From Candidatus Saccharimonadales bacterium (GTDB lineage Bacteria > Patescibacteriota > Saccharimonadia > Saccharimonadales > DASZAF01), in the NCBI GenBank assembly GCA_035480055.1, contig DATIIB010000009.1, positions 213,068 through 277,067 of the forward strand: a stretch of DNA of 64,000 nt, given 5' to 3'. Under the pieces are notes generated by a model that worked only from the letters and a program-made list of their open reading frames with translations, was not told the DNA's origin and did not search any database. Made by a program: the position numbers and the translations under genes. Shown here piece by piece: positions 52,644 through 62,663 of the stretch. The stretch's first letter is position 1, and each line of letters starts with the position of its first letter.

Positions 52644-54173
52644 CTACAACGAGTACGCTTGACGCATATTGGCAGTCGCCCCAGGGAAGCACTGACCTAT
52701 CTTACCTGGAGGAGTGCCGGTTGCACACCCAAGCCGCGTAAGTCCGAACATGTCTTCAGTGGTACCTAGTACCGCAAATCCACTCATCGTCGTATGTATT
52801 GCGCCTGTATGCACGGTTGGAGCAATCACAAGGTTAGGTAAAGGGTCATTATTCGCCCGTGCTTCGTCCCAGATAATGAACACAGCCGTTCGGCCTTCTT
52901 GATACGTTTTGCTTTCAAAAAGCGCAGGAAGGTATGCCTGGAGCCAATTGTCAGCATTGCTTGGGCCTTTGTTGTGCATATCATCGTTGAGATCGGGAGT
53001 AATGTACGCAAAGTTCGGCAGACGGTCGTTTTTGATATCGTCAATGAGTGCGCCACGCGGACTTCCGTGTAGCTCAGGGAAGGGGACATCAAACTTCTTG
53101 CAGTCATTTCTACTGCGAGTAAAGTAGAGGACACCATCATGCCACGGCGCATAATTGCCAACTGCGCTATTGCTAAGAGTACAGTTATGAGGTGCTGCCT
53201 CTTGGTACGACTTCCAGCTCAGATGCGCCGCTGTCAGTTGGTCCAGGATTGATTCTGTACCGATATCGTATTTGCCTGGACCATATGTAGCGCTATTAAG
53301 CAGGCAGCCATGTCCTGTCTTGCCGTTTCCTGTCACACAATTCGATCCGGCCAGGTCGGCTACATAATGGACCACCGAATGGTATCCTGCGCCCAACTCT
53401 GAAATAGGCTCGTTATTCACAAACTTGGTGCTATAACCACATTCATGAGCAAGCTTGGTGAGATATGGCGCTTGGGAGGAGCCGATCACGTCATTAAGAC
53501 TACGGTTCTCTTCCAGGATCCAAATGACGTGATCATAGTGTGCGGGAGGCACTGCTGCTGTTTTGTCGCATGGCGCTGAGGCGCCCGGAAGACCTGCTAC
53601 GTCAGTTTCAACCGTCCACTTCTGCGCATCGGTACCATTACAGTCCCAGGTCCAAATCTGATTGCCGTTTGCGGTACTGGAATATTTATCATCCAAGCAA
53701 AGTCCTGAGGAAGAGTTGATGATCGTTTTGTTCCCACTGTCTACCTTCCATTTTTGGTTCGCAGTCCCTAAGCAGTGGTACAACTGCACGAGCGTGCCCT
53801 TAACCTTGCCCCCGCCTTGTACATCCAGACAGTAACCGTTTGCGTTAGTGATAGTTCCATTTGAATTAACCCGCCATTGCTGTGCAGCCGTGCCGTTACA
53901 ACCATAGAGTTGAATCTTGTTACCGTCTGTTTTATGTTGGGCATCATTATCCAGGCATTTGCCAGCTTTACCGACGATTGGCCCCGTGCTCGAGGAGGCC
54001 GCATGCGAGACCAAAAGGAAGGCGCCCACAATCAGCAAGACTAAGCCAGCGCCAATACTCATCAAAAGCTTGCTGCGCTGAGTGAGTAGGTGGCTTATTG
54101 GCCGTCGCACTTTGTTCTTTTTCTTTACAGGCGGATTACTCTTTTTTGGACGACTGGTTTTTTTGACGGCCAT
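52644..54173 (-). CDS. secreted or anchored ricin-type lectin fused to a phosphoesterase (phospholipase C / AcpA family) domain
   Basis: Lys-rich N-terminus, TM, then VSHAASS. Three QxW repeats (AAQQW, ANQKW, DAQKW). Then IWILEENRSLNDVIG (ENRSF-like phosphoesterase motif) and ITPDLNDDMH. Confidence 0.65.
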   Translation of the reverse strand: MAVKKTSRPKKSNPPVKKKNKVRRPISHLLTQRSKLLMSIGAGLVLLIVGAFLLVSHAASSSTGPIVGKAGKCLDNDAQHKTDGNKIQLYGCNGTAAQQWRVNSNGTITNANGYCLDVQGGGKVKGTLVQLYHCLGTANQKWKVDSGNKTIINSSSGLCLDDKYSSTANGNQIWTWDCNGTDAQKWTVETDVAGLPGASAPCDKTAAVPPAHYDHVIWILEENRSLNDVIGSSQAPYLTKLAHECGYSTKFVNNEPISELGAGYHSVVHYVADLAGSNCVTGNGKTGHGCLLNSATYGPGKYDIGTESILDQLTAAHLSWKSYQEAAPHNCTLSNSAVGNYAPWHDGVLYFTRSRNDCKKFDVPFPELHGSPRGALIDDIKNDRLPNFAYITPDLNDDMHNKGPSNADNWLQAYLPALFESKTYQEGRTAVFIIWDEARANNDPLPNLVIAPTVHTGAIHTTMSGFAVLGTTEDMFGLTRLGCATGTPPGKIGQCFPGATANMRQAYSL

Positions 54174-54274
54174 TTGTTTTCCTTTTGTGTTGGTTCTTGC
54201 AAGAATACGTTTATGCTTTGAAGTGTACGTAGGCTCTCAGCCTAAGTCAAGGAGATCGAGTAGAGTTAGCTAAA

Positions 54275-55072
54275 TTATGAGAGGGCAAGGCGCATGCTTA
54301 ACCCGATGCCGCCAAAAGTCTGACAGACAAACACTGGCTCACTTGGCGTACTTAACGCTGCGTCAAACCGGTAGCCGAGGTCGGTAAATGCTGCAAATGC
54401 CGTTGGCTCGGTGGTGCGGCTGGTGATTAGCCAACGAGCAAAAGCGCCGCGGGCAATCTTGGCATGAACCACTACAAACGCTGGTTCACCCGTGGCCTTA
54501 TTAAAGGTGAGGAACTTGGGGGTAATGACCCGCTCAGGATCCACAAAGGCGGTGACCGTCCGACTATACTCTAACGAAGAGGCATTGACGATAATCCCTT
54601 CCGCAGGAAGACACTTGGCAATCCTGTCGCCCCAAAAGGTATACAGATTGGCAAATGGACTATTCGGAAAGATATATCCCATCTCCAAACGGTACGGACA
54701 GATGCTATCGTAGGGACGAAGCACTCCGTACAGCCCAGAAAGAATGCACAAAGTACGATCAGCATACTCGCGGTCGGCCGCAGATAGCTCACTGGCTCGC
54801 AAGCCGCTGTAAATATCGCCCACAAAACTATCCATAGCCACAGTATGCTGGTCTGGCGAAGCACTCCAATCGGCAATTAAGCGGTGCGTCTTGGCGGCTA
54901 GCGGTGCAGAAAGATGCATCGCTTTGGCAAGCTGGGCAGGGGTGAGCGTCTTGAGATATGCATCCAGCTCCACGGCCTGCGCGACCAACTGCGGTGCACG
55001 ATAAGGCGCATTGCTCTTTGGGGTTCGCATTGTCTTCGAGGAATGCAGCAGAATGATCAGGGGAGTGCTCAT
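54275..55072 (-). CDS. yaaA: YaaA-family (UPF0246) peroxide-stress protein
   Basis: ILSGLYGVLRPYDSICPYRLEMG and the overall length are typical of the family. Confidence 0.75.
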   Translation of the reverse strand: MSTPLIILLHSSKTMRTPKSNAPYRAPQLVAQAVELDAYLKTLTPAQLAKAMHLSAPLAAKTHRLIADWSASPDQHTVAMDSFVGDIYSGLRASELSAADREYADRTLCILSGLYGVLRPYDSICPYRLEMGYIFPNSPFANLYTFWGDRIAKCLPAEGIIVNASSLEYSRTVTAFVDPERVITPKFLTFNKATGEPAFVVVHAKIARGAFARWLITSRTTEPTAFAAFTDLGYRFDAALSTPSEPVFVCQTFGGIGLSMRLALS

Positions 55073-55108
55073 AGCTTAATCATACCAGTTCCGCGCGCTG
55101 CTTCCACA

Positions 55109-56938
55109 TTACCGATGAGGTCCAGCTTGCGCCTGCGTCAGCGCGGCCGCAATACTGTCAGCATAGATTTTGCCGCCCGCTGGGATGGGGTGAATATGAT
55201 CATCGCCCAGCTCTTCGGGGTGAGCGCTGATGGCAGCATCCCAATCGGCGATAAAGACATTATGGTGGGCTTTGGCAACTTGCCGCTCGTCGTTATTGTT
55301 AGGCGTGGTCCACTCTCGGTCGGCATGCGCCGTGACCAGAATTATTTTCCGATTACCAAGCTGAGTCACCAGCGTTTCCAGATTTCCGTCGCCGTAATAA
55401 CCGTTGGTTCCCAGGGCGACCACCACCACTTGGCGCAAGTGACCAGTAGCACTGAGATTACCTACCGTCTCCAAACCTCCGCGGCGCATCGAGCGCGAAA
55501 CCACGGCGTCGATGAAAATCCCTGGCCACCGCTCTTCAAGCGCCGGCGCGCTGGCCAGTGTCACCGAATCGCCAACCACTGTGATCATATCGCCCGTAAT
55601 CACTTGAGGTGTAGCAGAAGACGATGTTGCTGCCGAAGAAGACGTATGTTGCTGCGCATTCTGAATGCTTTTTTGCCCAGCCTCCACGCTGAGCTGGGCT
55701 CTCGTCTTTGATGGCGCACCGATCACTGCGGCAAAGGTCAGCACAATAGCTGCCACACTCGCCACGACCATTGGGTGTGGCAGTAGTTTCCAGCGAGCGA
55801 TAACGCCGTCAATGGCCACTTCCTGGCGCCTCAAACCTTTGGTCACAAAAAGCCAAAAGCCTGCCGCCCGGATGGGTGACTCAAGGTATGCATAGCTCAA
55901 ACTTGCGGCCAGCACTGTCAGCAGAGCCGCCGCCAACGAGGTAATGCCCCAAGGTGTGCCAACTGGAAGGAGACGCCGCAGCAAAACCAGGAGCGGCCAA
56001 TGCCACAAATAAATACCATACGAACGAACTCCCACCCAAACCAATGGCCGCCAGGTAAACAACCGCTGCAGACAGCTGCGTTGGCTGATGGTTGCAAAAA
56101 GAACCAACGCAGCCAGTACACTTGCCAACACCAAACCTCCCCGGTAGGCGAATGCCGCAAGATCGGACAGAAGTAGCATCACCGCCAGCAAACCAACCAA
56201 CGCCAACGCTCCGATCTTCTGCACAAAGGGCTTTTTGTTAAGCAACTTCGACGGCGACACACCCGCTTGGGTTCGTGCCCAAAAGGCGATCGCTGCGCCG
56301 ATCATTAAGCCAAACAAATGAGTGTCCGTACCGTAATAAACTCGCGTGGCGTTGGTGCCATGAAAAAGCCCGGCCATGAGTCCAGCCGAAATCGCTGCAA
56401 TCGCAATGCAGCCCCAGAGCGCAATTCGCGGGCGGCGAGCCAACGCTGGCACTCCCACCAACGCGGCTACCACAAATGGCCAGCCGGCATAAAATTGCTC
56501 CTCGACAGCCAAAGACCAAAAGTTGGTAAACAAATGTGCGTGAGCTGCATCAAAATAATTCGCTCCAGCCAGCACCTCAACCCAGTTGTTACTAAACGTC
56601 AGCGCGCCTAGAAGCTGGCGCCCAAGGCCAACCAAAATATCACCGCGCGCAAAGAAAGCGATCGATCCAATCACGCACACCGTTGCCAGCAAAGCCGGGA
56701 GCAAACGTCTGGCGCGGCGAGTCCAAAACTTGGTGAAATGAATCCGGCCGGTCCGAGCCTGCTCTTCGATCAGTAAGGTAGTGATCAAAAAACCGCTGAT
56801 CACAAAAAAGACATCCACCCCCACAAACCCACCACGCAGCACAGTTGGCGCAAAATGATACAGCAGCACGGCAATCACCGCCAATGCGCGGAGTCCATCA
56901 AGTCCAGCAATGTATCGGCCTCTTGACCTTGCGTGCAT
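55109..56938 (-). CDS. acyltransferase-3 family membrane O-acyltransferase with C-terminal SGNH-like domain (OatA/OafA-like)
   Basis: GLDGLRALAVIAVLLYHF, about 10 TM segments, and a C-terminal soluble domain (VVGDSVT...). Confidence 0.7.
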   Translation of the reverse strand: MHARSRGRYIAGLDGLRALAVIAVLLYHFAPTVLRGGFVGVDVFFVISGFLITTLLIEEQARTGRIHFTKFWTRRARRLLPALLATVCVIGSIAFFARGDILVGLGRQLLGALTFSNNWVEVLAGANYFDAAHAHLFTNFWSLAVEEQFYAGWPFVVAALVGVPALARRPRIALWGCIAIAAISAGLMAGLFHGTNATRVYYGTDTHLFGLMIGAAIAFWARTQAGVSPSKLLNKKPFVQKIGALALVGLLAVMLLLSDLAAFAYRGGLVLASVLAALVLFATISQRSCLQRLFTWRPLVWVGVRSYGIYLWHWPLLVLLRRLLPVGTPWGITSLAAALLTVLAASLSYAYLESPIRAAGFWLFVTKGLRRQEVAIDGVIARWKLLPHPMVVASVAAIVLTFAAVIGAPSKTRAQLSVEAGQKSIQNAQQHTSSSAATSSSATPQVITGDMITVVGDSVTLASAPALEERWPGIFIDAVVSRSMRRGGLETVGNLSATGHLRQVVVVALGTNGYYGDGNLETLVTQLGNRKIILVTAHADREWTTPNNNDERQVAKAHHNVFIADWDAAISAHPEELGDDHIHPIPAGGKIYADSIAAALTQAQAGPHR

Positions 56939-57082
56939 GTGGTTGCCTCACTCCTTAACCTACTTCTGTCATTATACCAACCATAAAGCTTCATGCGAAT
57001 ATTTTTTGAATTCAGTCAAGTCTCTGAAGACCTCTATGCTATCATGTCCAATAGTTTACTCATCGCAAGGGAGGAAATACTT

Positions 57083-57349
57083 ATGTGTCGCAACATCAAG
57101 CCACTGTACAATTTTGATCCGCCAGCCACCAAAGCTGAAGTGCAAGCCGCGGCGCTGCAGTTTGTACGCAAGGTGAGTGGGTTCCATGAACCTTCGCAGG
57201 CCAACGAAGCTGCCTTTGCCACAGCCATTGACGAAATCGCGATGGCGACCCAGAAGCTGATGAATCATCTCACAACCACTGCCGACCCCAAGAACCGCGA
57301 GGTCGAAGCGGCCAAAGCCAAAGCGCGCGCCACGTACCGATTTAAGTAA
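57083..57349 (+). CDS. small conserved protein (recalled as DUF2277-like)
   Basis: MCRNIKPLYNFDPPATKAEVQAAALQFVRKVSG. AAGGGAGGA SD lies upstream. ATG at 57083 is preferred to the track start. Confidence 0.6.
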   Translation: MCRNIKPLYNFDPPATKAEVQAAALQFVRKVSGFHEPSQANEAAFATAIDEIAMATQKLMNHLTTTADPKNREVEAAKAKARATYRFK

Positions 57350-57400
57350 CGCCCAGAGATGGTATAGTAGTAGGAACGCTACAGTAACCGGAGAGTATCC

Positions 57401-58360
57401 ATGCAAAGTAAATATGTGGTTGAAGCCAAAGGGCTCGTGAAATCCTATGGCACCAATCAAGTCCTTAAGGGCATCGACCTTCAGGTAGAACGCGGCACCA
57501 TGGTCGCGCTGCTTGGCCCAAACGGGGCAGGCAAAACAACAACCGTACGCATCCTCAGCACCTTGCTTTCATTTGATGGCGGCACAGTCACCGTTGAGGG
57601 CCACGATGTCACCAAAGAAGCTGACAAAGTTCGCAGTGTTATTGGTCTAACCGGCCAATCGGCAGCGATCGACGAATTGCTGACCGGCCGCGAGAACCTG
57701 GTGATGATGGGACGCCTCTATCGTCTGACAACAGCCAGCGCGACCGCTCGGGCGCAAGAGCTGCTCGAAAACTTTGGCCTGGTGGCCGCTGCTGATCGAC
57801 CAGCCAAAACGTATTCTGGCGGCATGCGCCGTCGGTTGGACCTTGCGGTGAGCCTGATTGCCACGCCACCGGTCATCTTCCTGGACGAGCCAACCACCGG
57901 CCTGGATCCGCGTTCGCGGCTGGCCATGTGGGATATCATCAAGCAATTAATGGCTGCCGGTACCTCGATTCTGTTAACCACGCAGTATCTTGAAGAAGCC
58001 GATCAGCTGGCCGACCGCATCGTCGTCATCGATGGTGGCAAAGTGATTGCTGAAGGCACCGCGACCGAGCTCAAAAGCAAGGTCGGCAAAGACCGCTTGG
58101 AGCTCTCGTTTGCAAACAGCGACATGCTCACTCGAGCAGTTGAGCTGCTTGGCAAAAAAGTGATCGACACAGACAAGAAAGAATTTTCTGCGACCGTGAT
58201 CATCAAAGATACCAACACCGACGTCAAAGATATCTTGGATGCACTTGCCAGCCAAAAAATTACACTGCAATCTATGGCAATCCACAAGCCAACACTCGAT
58301 GACGTCTTTCTTTCATTAACCGGCAAGCAAACCAAGGCCGCACAAAAGGAAACCAAATAA
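57401..58360 (+). CDS. ABC transporter ATP-binding protein (DrrA/ABC-2 type)
   Basis: GPNGAGKTT (Walker A), YSGGMRRRL (signature), IFLDEPTTGLD (Walker B). Confidence 0.92.
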   Translation: MQSKYVVEAKGLVKSYGTNQVLKGIDLQVERGTMVALLGPNGAGKTTTVRILSTLLSFDGGTVTVEGHDVTKEADKVRSVIGLTGQSAAIDELLTGRENLVMMGRLYRLTTASATARAQELLENFGLVAAADRPAKTYSGGMRRRLDLAVSLIATPPVIFLDEPTTGLDPRSRLAMWDIIKQLMAAGTSILLTTQYLEEADQLADRIVVIDGGKVIAEGTATELKSKVGKDRLELSFANSDMLTRAVELLGKKVIDTDKKEFSATVIIKDTNTDVKDILDALASQKITLQSMAIHKPTLDDVFLSLTGKQTKAAQKETK

Positions 58361-59169
58361 TGGCAGTTGCACTTGAATTCGAAAAACGACCAAAGATAGT
58401 TCTCGTCCTGAACGACTCCTTAATTATGATCGCCCGCAGTGGCCGGCACATTATTCGTAATCGCGACCAATTACTGGGCGCGTTCTTTCAGCCGATCATG
58501 TTCTTGGTATTGTTCGCCTCAGTCTTTGGCGGCGCAATTTCTAAAGCTTTGCCGCATGGGGTTAGTTATCTCAACTTTTTGATGGCTGGAATTATCGTAC
58601 AGACCGCTGCCTTTGGTTCTACCACCACTGCGCTTGCGGTATGCAACGACCTGCAAAAGGGGATTATGGACCGTTTCCGATCACTTCCTATGTCGAACCT
58701 GGCCGTGCTCAATGGTCATGTCATTTCCGATTTATTCCGCAACAGTATTTCGACCGTCGTGATGCTGCTCGCCGGGCTGGTGATTGGCTTCCGTCCGCAT
58801 GCCAACTTTAGTCAGTGGTTGGTGATCATCGGTATTTTGCTCCTGTTTACGCTTGCTTTTTCGTGGCTGTCAGCCATCATGGGCATCTTGGCCAAAAGCG
58901 TGGAGGGCGTGCAATGGCTAAGCTTTGTGCTCGTCTTTCCGCTCACTTTTGCCAGCACCGCTTTTGTGCCAGCCGAAGGTATGAACCGCGTCCTCAAGGC
59001 TTTTGCCGAAAACCAACCGATCACCCACGTTGTCGAAGCTGTCCGCGCCCTCATCCTAGGAACACCCATGGGCAACCATGGCTGGCTAGCAGTGGTATGG
59101 TGCCTCGGTATTTTGGTGGTTGCAATGCCTGTCTCGGCATGGCTATTTAAAAGTAAGACAACAAGTTAA
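58360..59169 (+). CDS. ABC-2 type transporter permease
   Basis: 269 aa with six hydrophobic segments. ATG overlaps the ATPase stop (TAATG). Confidence 0.8.
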   Translation: MAVALEFEKRPKIVLVLNDSLIMIARSGRHIIRNRDQLLGAFFQPIMFLVLFASVFGGAISKALPHGVSYLNFLMAGIIVQTAAFGSTTTALAVCNDLQKGIMDRFRSLPMSNLAVLNGHVISDLFRNSISTVVMLLAGLVIGFRPHANFSQWLVIIGILLLFTLAFSWLSAIMGILAKSVEGVQWLSFVLVFPLTFASTAFVPAEGMNRVLKAFAENQPITHVVEAVRALILGTPMGNHGWLAVVWCLGILVVAMPVSAWLFKSKTTS

Positions 59170-59183
59170 GGAAGGGGATTACT

Positions 59184-59570
59184 ATGGTGGAGATTAAAGG
59201 TGCTTTCAGCGGTTTTTCGGTAAAAGATCTAGACGAAGCGAAAACGTTTTATACCAAAACACTCGGACTCGAATTGGCTGATGAAAAAATGGGGCTGCAG
59301 TTTGCGCTCCCTGGCGGCGGGCGAGTATTCATTTACGCAAAAGAGGACCATCAACCGGCAACCTTTACCATTCTCAACTTGGTCGTGGACGATATCGACA
59401 GCACGGTCGATGAACTCACTACTCGCGGTGTACAGTTTGAACACTACGACGAGGCCAACCTCAAAACAGACGAAAAAGGTATTGCTCGAGGCAAAGCTGC
59501 GCAAATGGGACCAGACATTGCCTGGTTCAAAGATCCTGCAGGCAATATTCTGTCTGTACTTGAAAGCTAG
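59184..59570 (+). CDS. VOC (glyoxalase/bleomycin-resistance) family protein
   Basis: 128 aa. FSVKDLDEAKTFYTKTLGLEL...WFKDPAGNILSV fits the VOC pattern. Confidence 0.65.
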   Translation: MVEIKGAFSGFSVKDLDEAKTFYTKTLGLELADEKMGLQFALPGGGRVFIYAKEDHQPATFTILNLVVDDIDSTVDELTTRGVQFEHYDEANLKTDEKGIARGKAAQMGPDIAWFKDPAGNILSVLES

Positions 59571-59574
59571 CAAA

Positions 59575-60255
59575 CTACGCCGTAAAAAGCCAAGTCACGG
59601 CCGTTGGTGGAGCGGCAGGGTTATCTTGCACTTCGATGCCAACCATCGTCCACTTCTGAGCCGTTGGGAGCGACATCCCAAAAGTTTGACTTCCTGCCGC
59701 TGCGGCAGTTTGATAAGCATAATAATGGACACTGTTTGAGAACGAACTACCGTCAGCCAAGCCGTCTTCGACTGCACCAGATAAATAGGTATGTGTGCCA
59801 CCCTGACTAGAATCGTCGGCGTTTACCCAAGTCACCACCGAGTTAGCGGCCGTAGTGATCACTGTGTCTGAAGGCGTGGTTCCATTGCCAGTGATCACGC
59901 TGTTTGTCGCTGGAGTGGCGGCTAACTGCGCATTTGACCACCGCTCAACCGTCATACTGTGGTACGAACTGGTGGCTGGCGCCGAGAGGGTCACAGCCAT
60001 TGAGCCGGGCGATCCCGACACGACAGCGGTAAAGATGGTGGAGTAACAATTAAATCCCCCTGGCTGCCCGATCGCTCGTTGAGTGTAGGTAAGGCCGCCA
60101 CCGCTTGGCGTACCGCTCGGAGTGCCTGTGTCCCAAGTTGCCGCCTTCACCACAATCACCTCGCCGTTAGTTGGCGTAAACGATGTGGTGACTAATGTGC
60201 TAGAATCGCCGGCGATCGGGGATACAAGGAAGTAGCTGGCAACAAGGTTTGGCAT
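59575..60255 (-). CDS. hypothetical beta-rich Ser/Thr/Gly/Ala-rich protein (226 aa), no signal peptide seen
   Basis: Clean ORF. No family recognised. Confidence 0.5.
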   Translation of the reverse strand: MPNLVASYFLVSPIAGDSSTLVTTSFTPTNGEVIVVKAATWDTGTPSGTPSGGGLTYTQRAIGQPGGFNCYSTIFTAVVSGSPGSMAVTLSAPATSSYHSMTVERWSNAQLAATPATNSVITGNGTTPSDTVITTAANSVVTWVNADDSSQGGTHTYLSGAVEDGLADGSSFSNSVHYYAYQTAAAAGSQTFGMSLPTAQKWTMVGIEVQDNPAAPPTAVTWLFTA

Positions 60256-60443
60256 GTGTGAGCATACTATATCATGACGAACAGTTTAAAGAACTATTGA
60301 TCTTTCAAAATATTTGACTCTATGAAGTATAATGCCCGTGGCTGGCCTTTAAATTACTCTTTTACTTTAAATGCGCTGGAATTTTCCTGAAATGCGGTAT
60401 ACTTACAGCAACATAACCATAATCACTACAGAAAAGAGTTGAG

Positions 60444-61448
60444 ATGGTGCAGAAAGCCAAGAAGACGGTCAAAAAATCAAAAGCAAAAAGCGGTAAAAAG
60501 CAGTCGTGGCTCCCCGGCCAGCCCAGCCCAAGCGCCAAGCGGCGGAATATCCTGGCCGCACTCTTTGTGGGAGCGGTGATTGTGATCGGGAGCATCGTGC
60601 TCGCTGTGTCGCATGCGGCCAGTTCTCAACCAGAAGGCCAGATCAAGCTCGCTAACAACGCCCTCTGTCTGAACAACCAAAAGGGCGAACAAGAAAAAGG
60701 CAATCCCGTGCAACTGCAAACCTGCGGACACGGCAGCCAGCAGCAGTGGAAGTTGAGCGGTAAGCACATTATGCTCGATAGTGATGAAGGCAAGCTTTGC
60801 TTTGCGGTCCGCCGAGCAGGAACCGGGAACACCGCTGAAGTCCATGGTCATATTTGGACCTGTGACGGTGGCAATCCTCAACAATGGACTCCGCATAATG
60901 ACGGATCGCTCGTAAATACTCCGACCGGCCTCTGTCTCCAAGCTGAAAGTGCCACCAGCGGTGCTGGCGTTGTCTTGGCAACATGTAACAATAGCGCGCT
61001 CCAGCACTGGACCATGCCTGTCAAAACGACTCCCCCTCCTTCACATACAGTCACACCAGAAATGAAGAAGATCTTTACTAAGTACGCTAAGGATCATTAC
61101 CCAACCTGGAAGGTTACCAGCATGCAGTACGATCCACAATGTGACGGCAGCGAATCATATGATGTCGCGCTGACCAATGCCAAAAAAGAGCACCTTTCGA
61201 TCATCCTTGACCGCAATGGCACCTACATTCAAAAAGAGGTCGATGTGCCATTTAGCAAAGCGCCAGCCATCCTCACCAGCACCCTCAAGGCACATTACTC
61301 AATGTACACTTACGGCGGCACCTACGAGCAGATCACCATGGCAAATAGCGATCTGCGCTACCTGGTTGACCTGGCTTCTGGCAAAAAGAGCAGCGAGCTG
61401 ATTCTCTCGCAAACTGGCATCAAGCTCTGCCAGACCGCGTTTGAATAG
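60444..61448 (+). CDS. secreted or anchored ricin-type lectin with C-terminal PepSY-like domain pair
   Basis: Lys-rich N-terminus, TM, then VSHAASS, as in 52644-54173. QxW repeats (SQQQW, PQQW, LQHW). The C-terminal assignment is weak. Confidence 0.55.
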   Translation: MVQKAKKTVKKSKAKSGKKQSWLPGQPSPSAKRRNILAALFVGAVIVIGSIVLAVSHAASSQPEGQIKLANNALCLNNQKGEQEKGNPVQLQTCGHGSQQQWKLSGKHIMLDSDEGKLCFAVRRAGTGNTAEVHGHIWTCDGGNPQQWTPHNDGSLVNTPTGLCLQAESATSGAGVVLATCNNSALQHWTMPVKTTPPPSHTVTPEMKKIFTKYAKDHYPTWKVTSMQYDPQCDGSESYDVALTNAKKEHLSIILDRNGTYIQKEVDVPFSKAPAILTSTLKAHYSMYTYGGTYEQITMANSDLRYLVDLASGKKSSELILSQTGIKLCQTAFE

Positions 61449-61463
61449 AAATCTCGGACGCAT

Positions 61464-61495
61464 AAAAAGACTCCGCCTCGGCGGAGTCTTTTTTG
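61464..61495. terminator. bidirectional intrinsic terminator between convergent genes
   Basis: AAAAAGACTCCGCC pairs with GGCGGAGTCTTTTT around a 2-4 nt loop, followed by TTTTTT. Confidence 0.85.
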
Positions 61496-61517
61496 TATGG
61501 TAGAAGACAAGGTGAAG

Positions 61518-62021
61518 CTATGCTTTTTTGGCTCCTTCAAATGCCTTTTCCAAAGCTGGTCCATCCAACTTGACCATGGGCATCATGGCTTGCATCACCG
61601 CTTTCTTTTGCTCAGGCGTGGCGGCAGGATCTCCTAGCATCTTGCCCAGGCTCGCTGGCACAATTTGCCAGGTCACGCCAAACTTATCGGTAATCCAGCC
61701 ACATTGCTGCGTTTTGCCGCCGTCCAGCATCGCCGCCCAGACTGTGTCCAGCTCTTCCTGGTTATCAAACTCCACCATAAACGAAATCGCTCCAGACATG
61801 GGAAACTGCGGCCCACCGTCCAAGCACATAAACCGCTGGCCATTGAGCTCAAATGTGCCGTTGAGCACCTTGCCCTTAAGCTCTTGCTCGCCGGGAATAC
61901 CTTGGTCGCCCGCATAGCGTTCAATATCCACAATCTTAGAATTTTTGAATGTCGACACATAAAAGTTCATCGCTTCTTCTGCGGTACCTTCAAACCAAAT
62001 AAAGGGAGTAATTCCTTGCAT
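61518..62021 (-). CDS. VOC-superfamily protein (PhnB / 3-demethylubiquinone methyltransferase-domain-like)
   Basis: MQGITPFIWFEGTAEEAMNFYVSTFKNSKI...DKFGVTWQI is typical of the family. ATG at 62021 chosen. Confidence 0.6.
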   Translation of the reverse strand: MQGITPFIWFEGTAEEAMNFYVSTFKNSKIVDIERYAGDQGIPGEQELKGKVLNGTFELNGQRFMCLDGGPQFPMSGAISFMVEFDNQEELDTVWAAMLDGGKTQQCGWITDKFGVTWQIVPASLGKMLGDPAATPEQKKAVMQAMMPMVKLDGPALEKAFEGAKKA

Positions 62022-62079
62022 GCTACTTTTCCTGTTTATAGCCGTATTGTAGCAGGTTCGGAGGGTTGAAGCAGAGGAG

Positions 62080-62658
62080 TTACCCCAGCATCCCCACAAA
62101 ATTCTTAAAGATCTGTGGCCCTGTTGCTTCGGAAAGTTCAGGGTGAAACTGCACGCTGTACAGAGGTTTGGTCGCGTGCTTCATGGTTTGATTGCGACAG
62201 GTTGCGGTGCTGGCAAGCAGGACAAATCCATCGGGCACATTCACTGAAGCCCGGTGGTGTTCGACAACTTTTTCGCCAGATTGCACACCTTTAAAGAGCG
62301 GGTCGTCCTGCACGATATGCAGGGCTCGCAAACCTTCTTCAGCTTCCTCGCCGAGAAATAATTGAGAGCCAAACAGCCGGCCGATATTCTGATGCCCGAG
62401 GCAAATACCAAGCACCGGTATGGTGATGTCACGCATCCATTGAATATGCGCGACTCGTGTATCAATATCGTCCAGAGGGTAGCTCAACGGCGTACCGCTG
62501 GTCACGATGCCGTCAAAGCGTGCTTCCAGCTCCGCGACTGGCGGGACATGGGCGTAATGAATCGTTTCCACTTCTGCCAAAGGCGTGAGACTTTTGAGGA
62601 GCGGCTCGTTAAAACTTTCGTCTTCAGGTTCAACGTTGCTGACAAGGACTATTTTCAT
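62080..62658 (-). CDS. class I glutamine amidotransferase-like protein
   Basis: PVLGICLGHQ (nucleophile elbow) and QFHPE (His/Glu of the triad). Confidence 0.75.
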   Translation of the reverse strand: MKIVLVSNVEPEDESFNEPLLKSLTPLAEVETIHYAHVPPVAELEARFDGIVTSGTPLSYPLDDIDTRVAHIQWMRDITIPVLGICLGHQNIGRLFGSQLFLGEEAEEGLRALHIVQDDPLFKGVQSGEKVVEHHRASVNVPDGFVLLASTATCRNQTMKHATKPLYSVQFHPELSEATGPQIFKNFVGMLG

Positions 62659-62663
62659 GCATG

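Noticed and set aside
54914-55711. 265-aa plus-strand ORF bridging the yaaA and acyltransferase genes.
   Set aside because: It is antisense to two well-supported minus-strand genes. It has Arg/Cys-rich shadow composition and no SD.
60256-60443. TTGACT...TATAAT and the CTTTAAAT direct repeats in the intergenic region upstream of the ricin/PepSY gene, considered as a promoter or operator.
   Set aside because: The TTGACT-to-TATAAT spacing is only 8 nt, incompatible with a sigma-70 promoter. The 8-mer repeat is AT-rich and could be chance.
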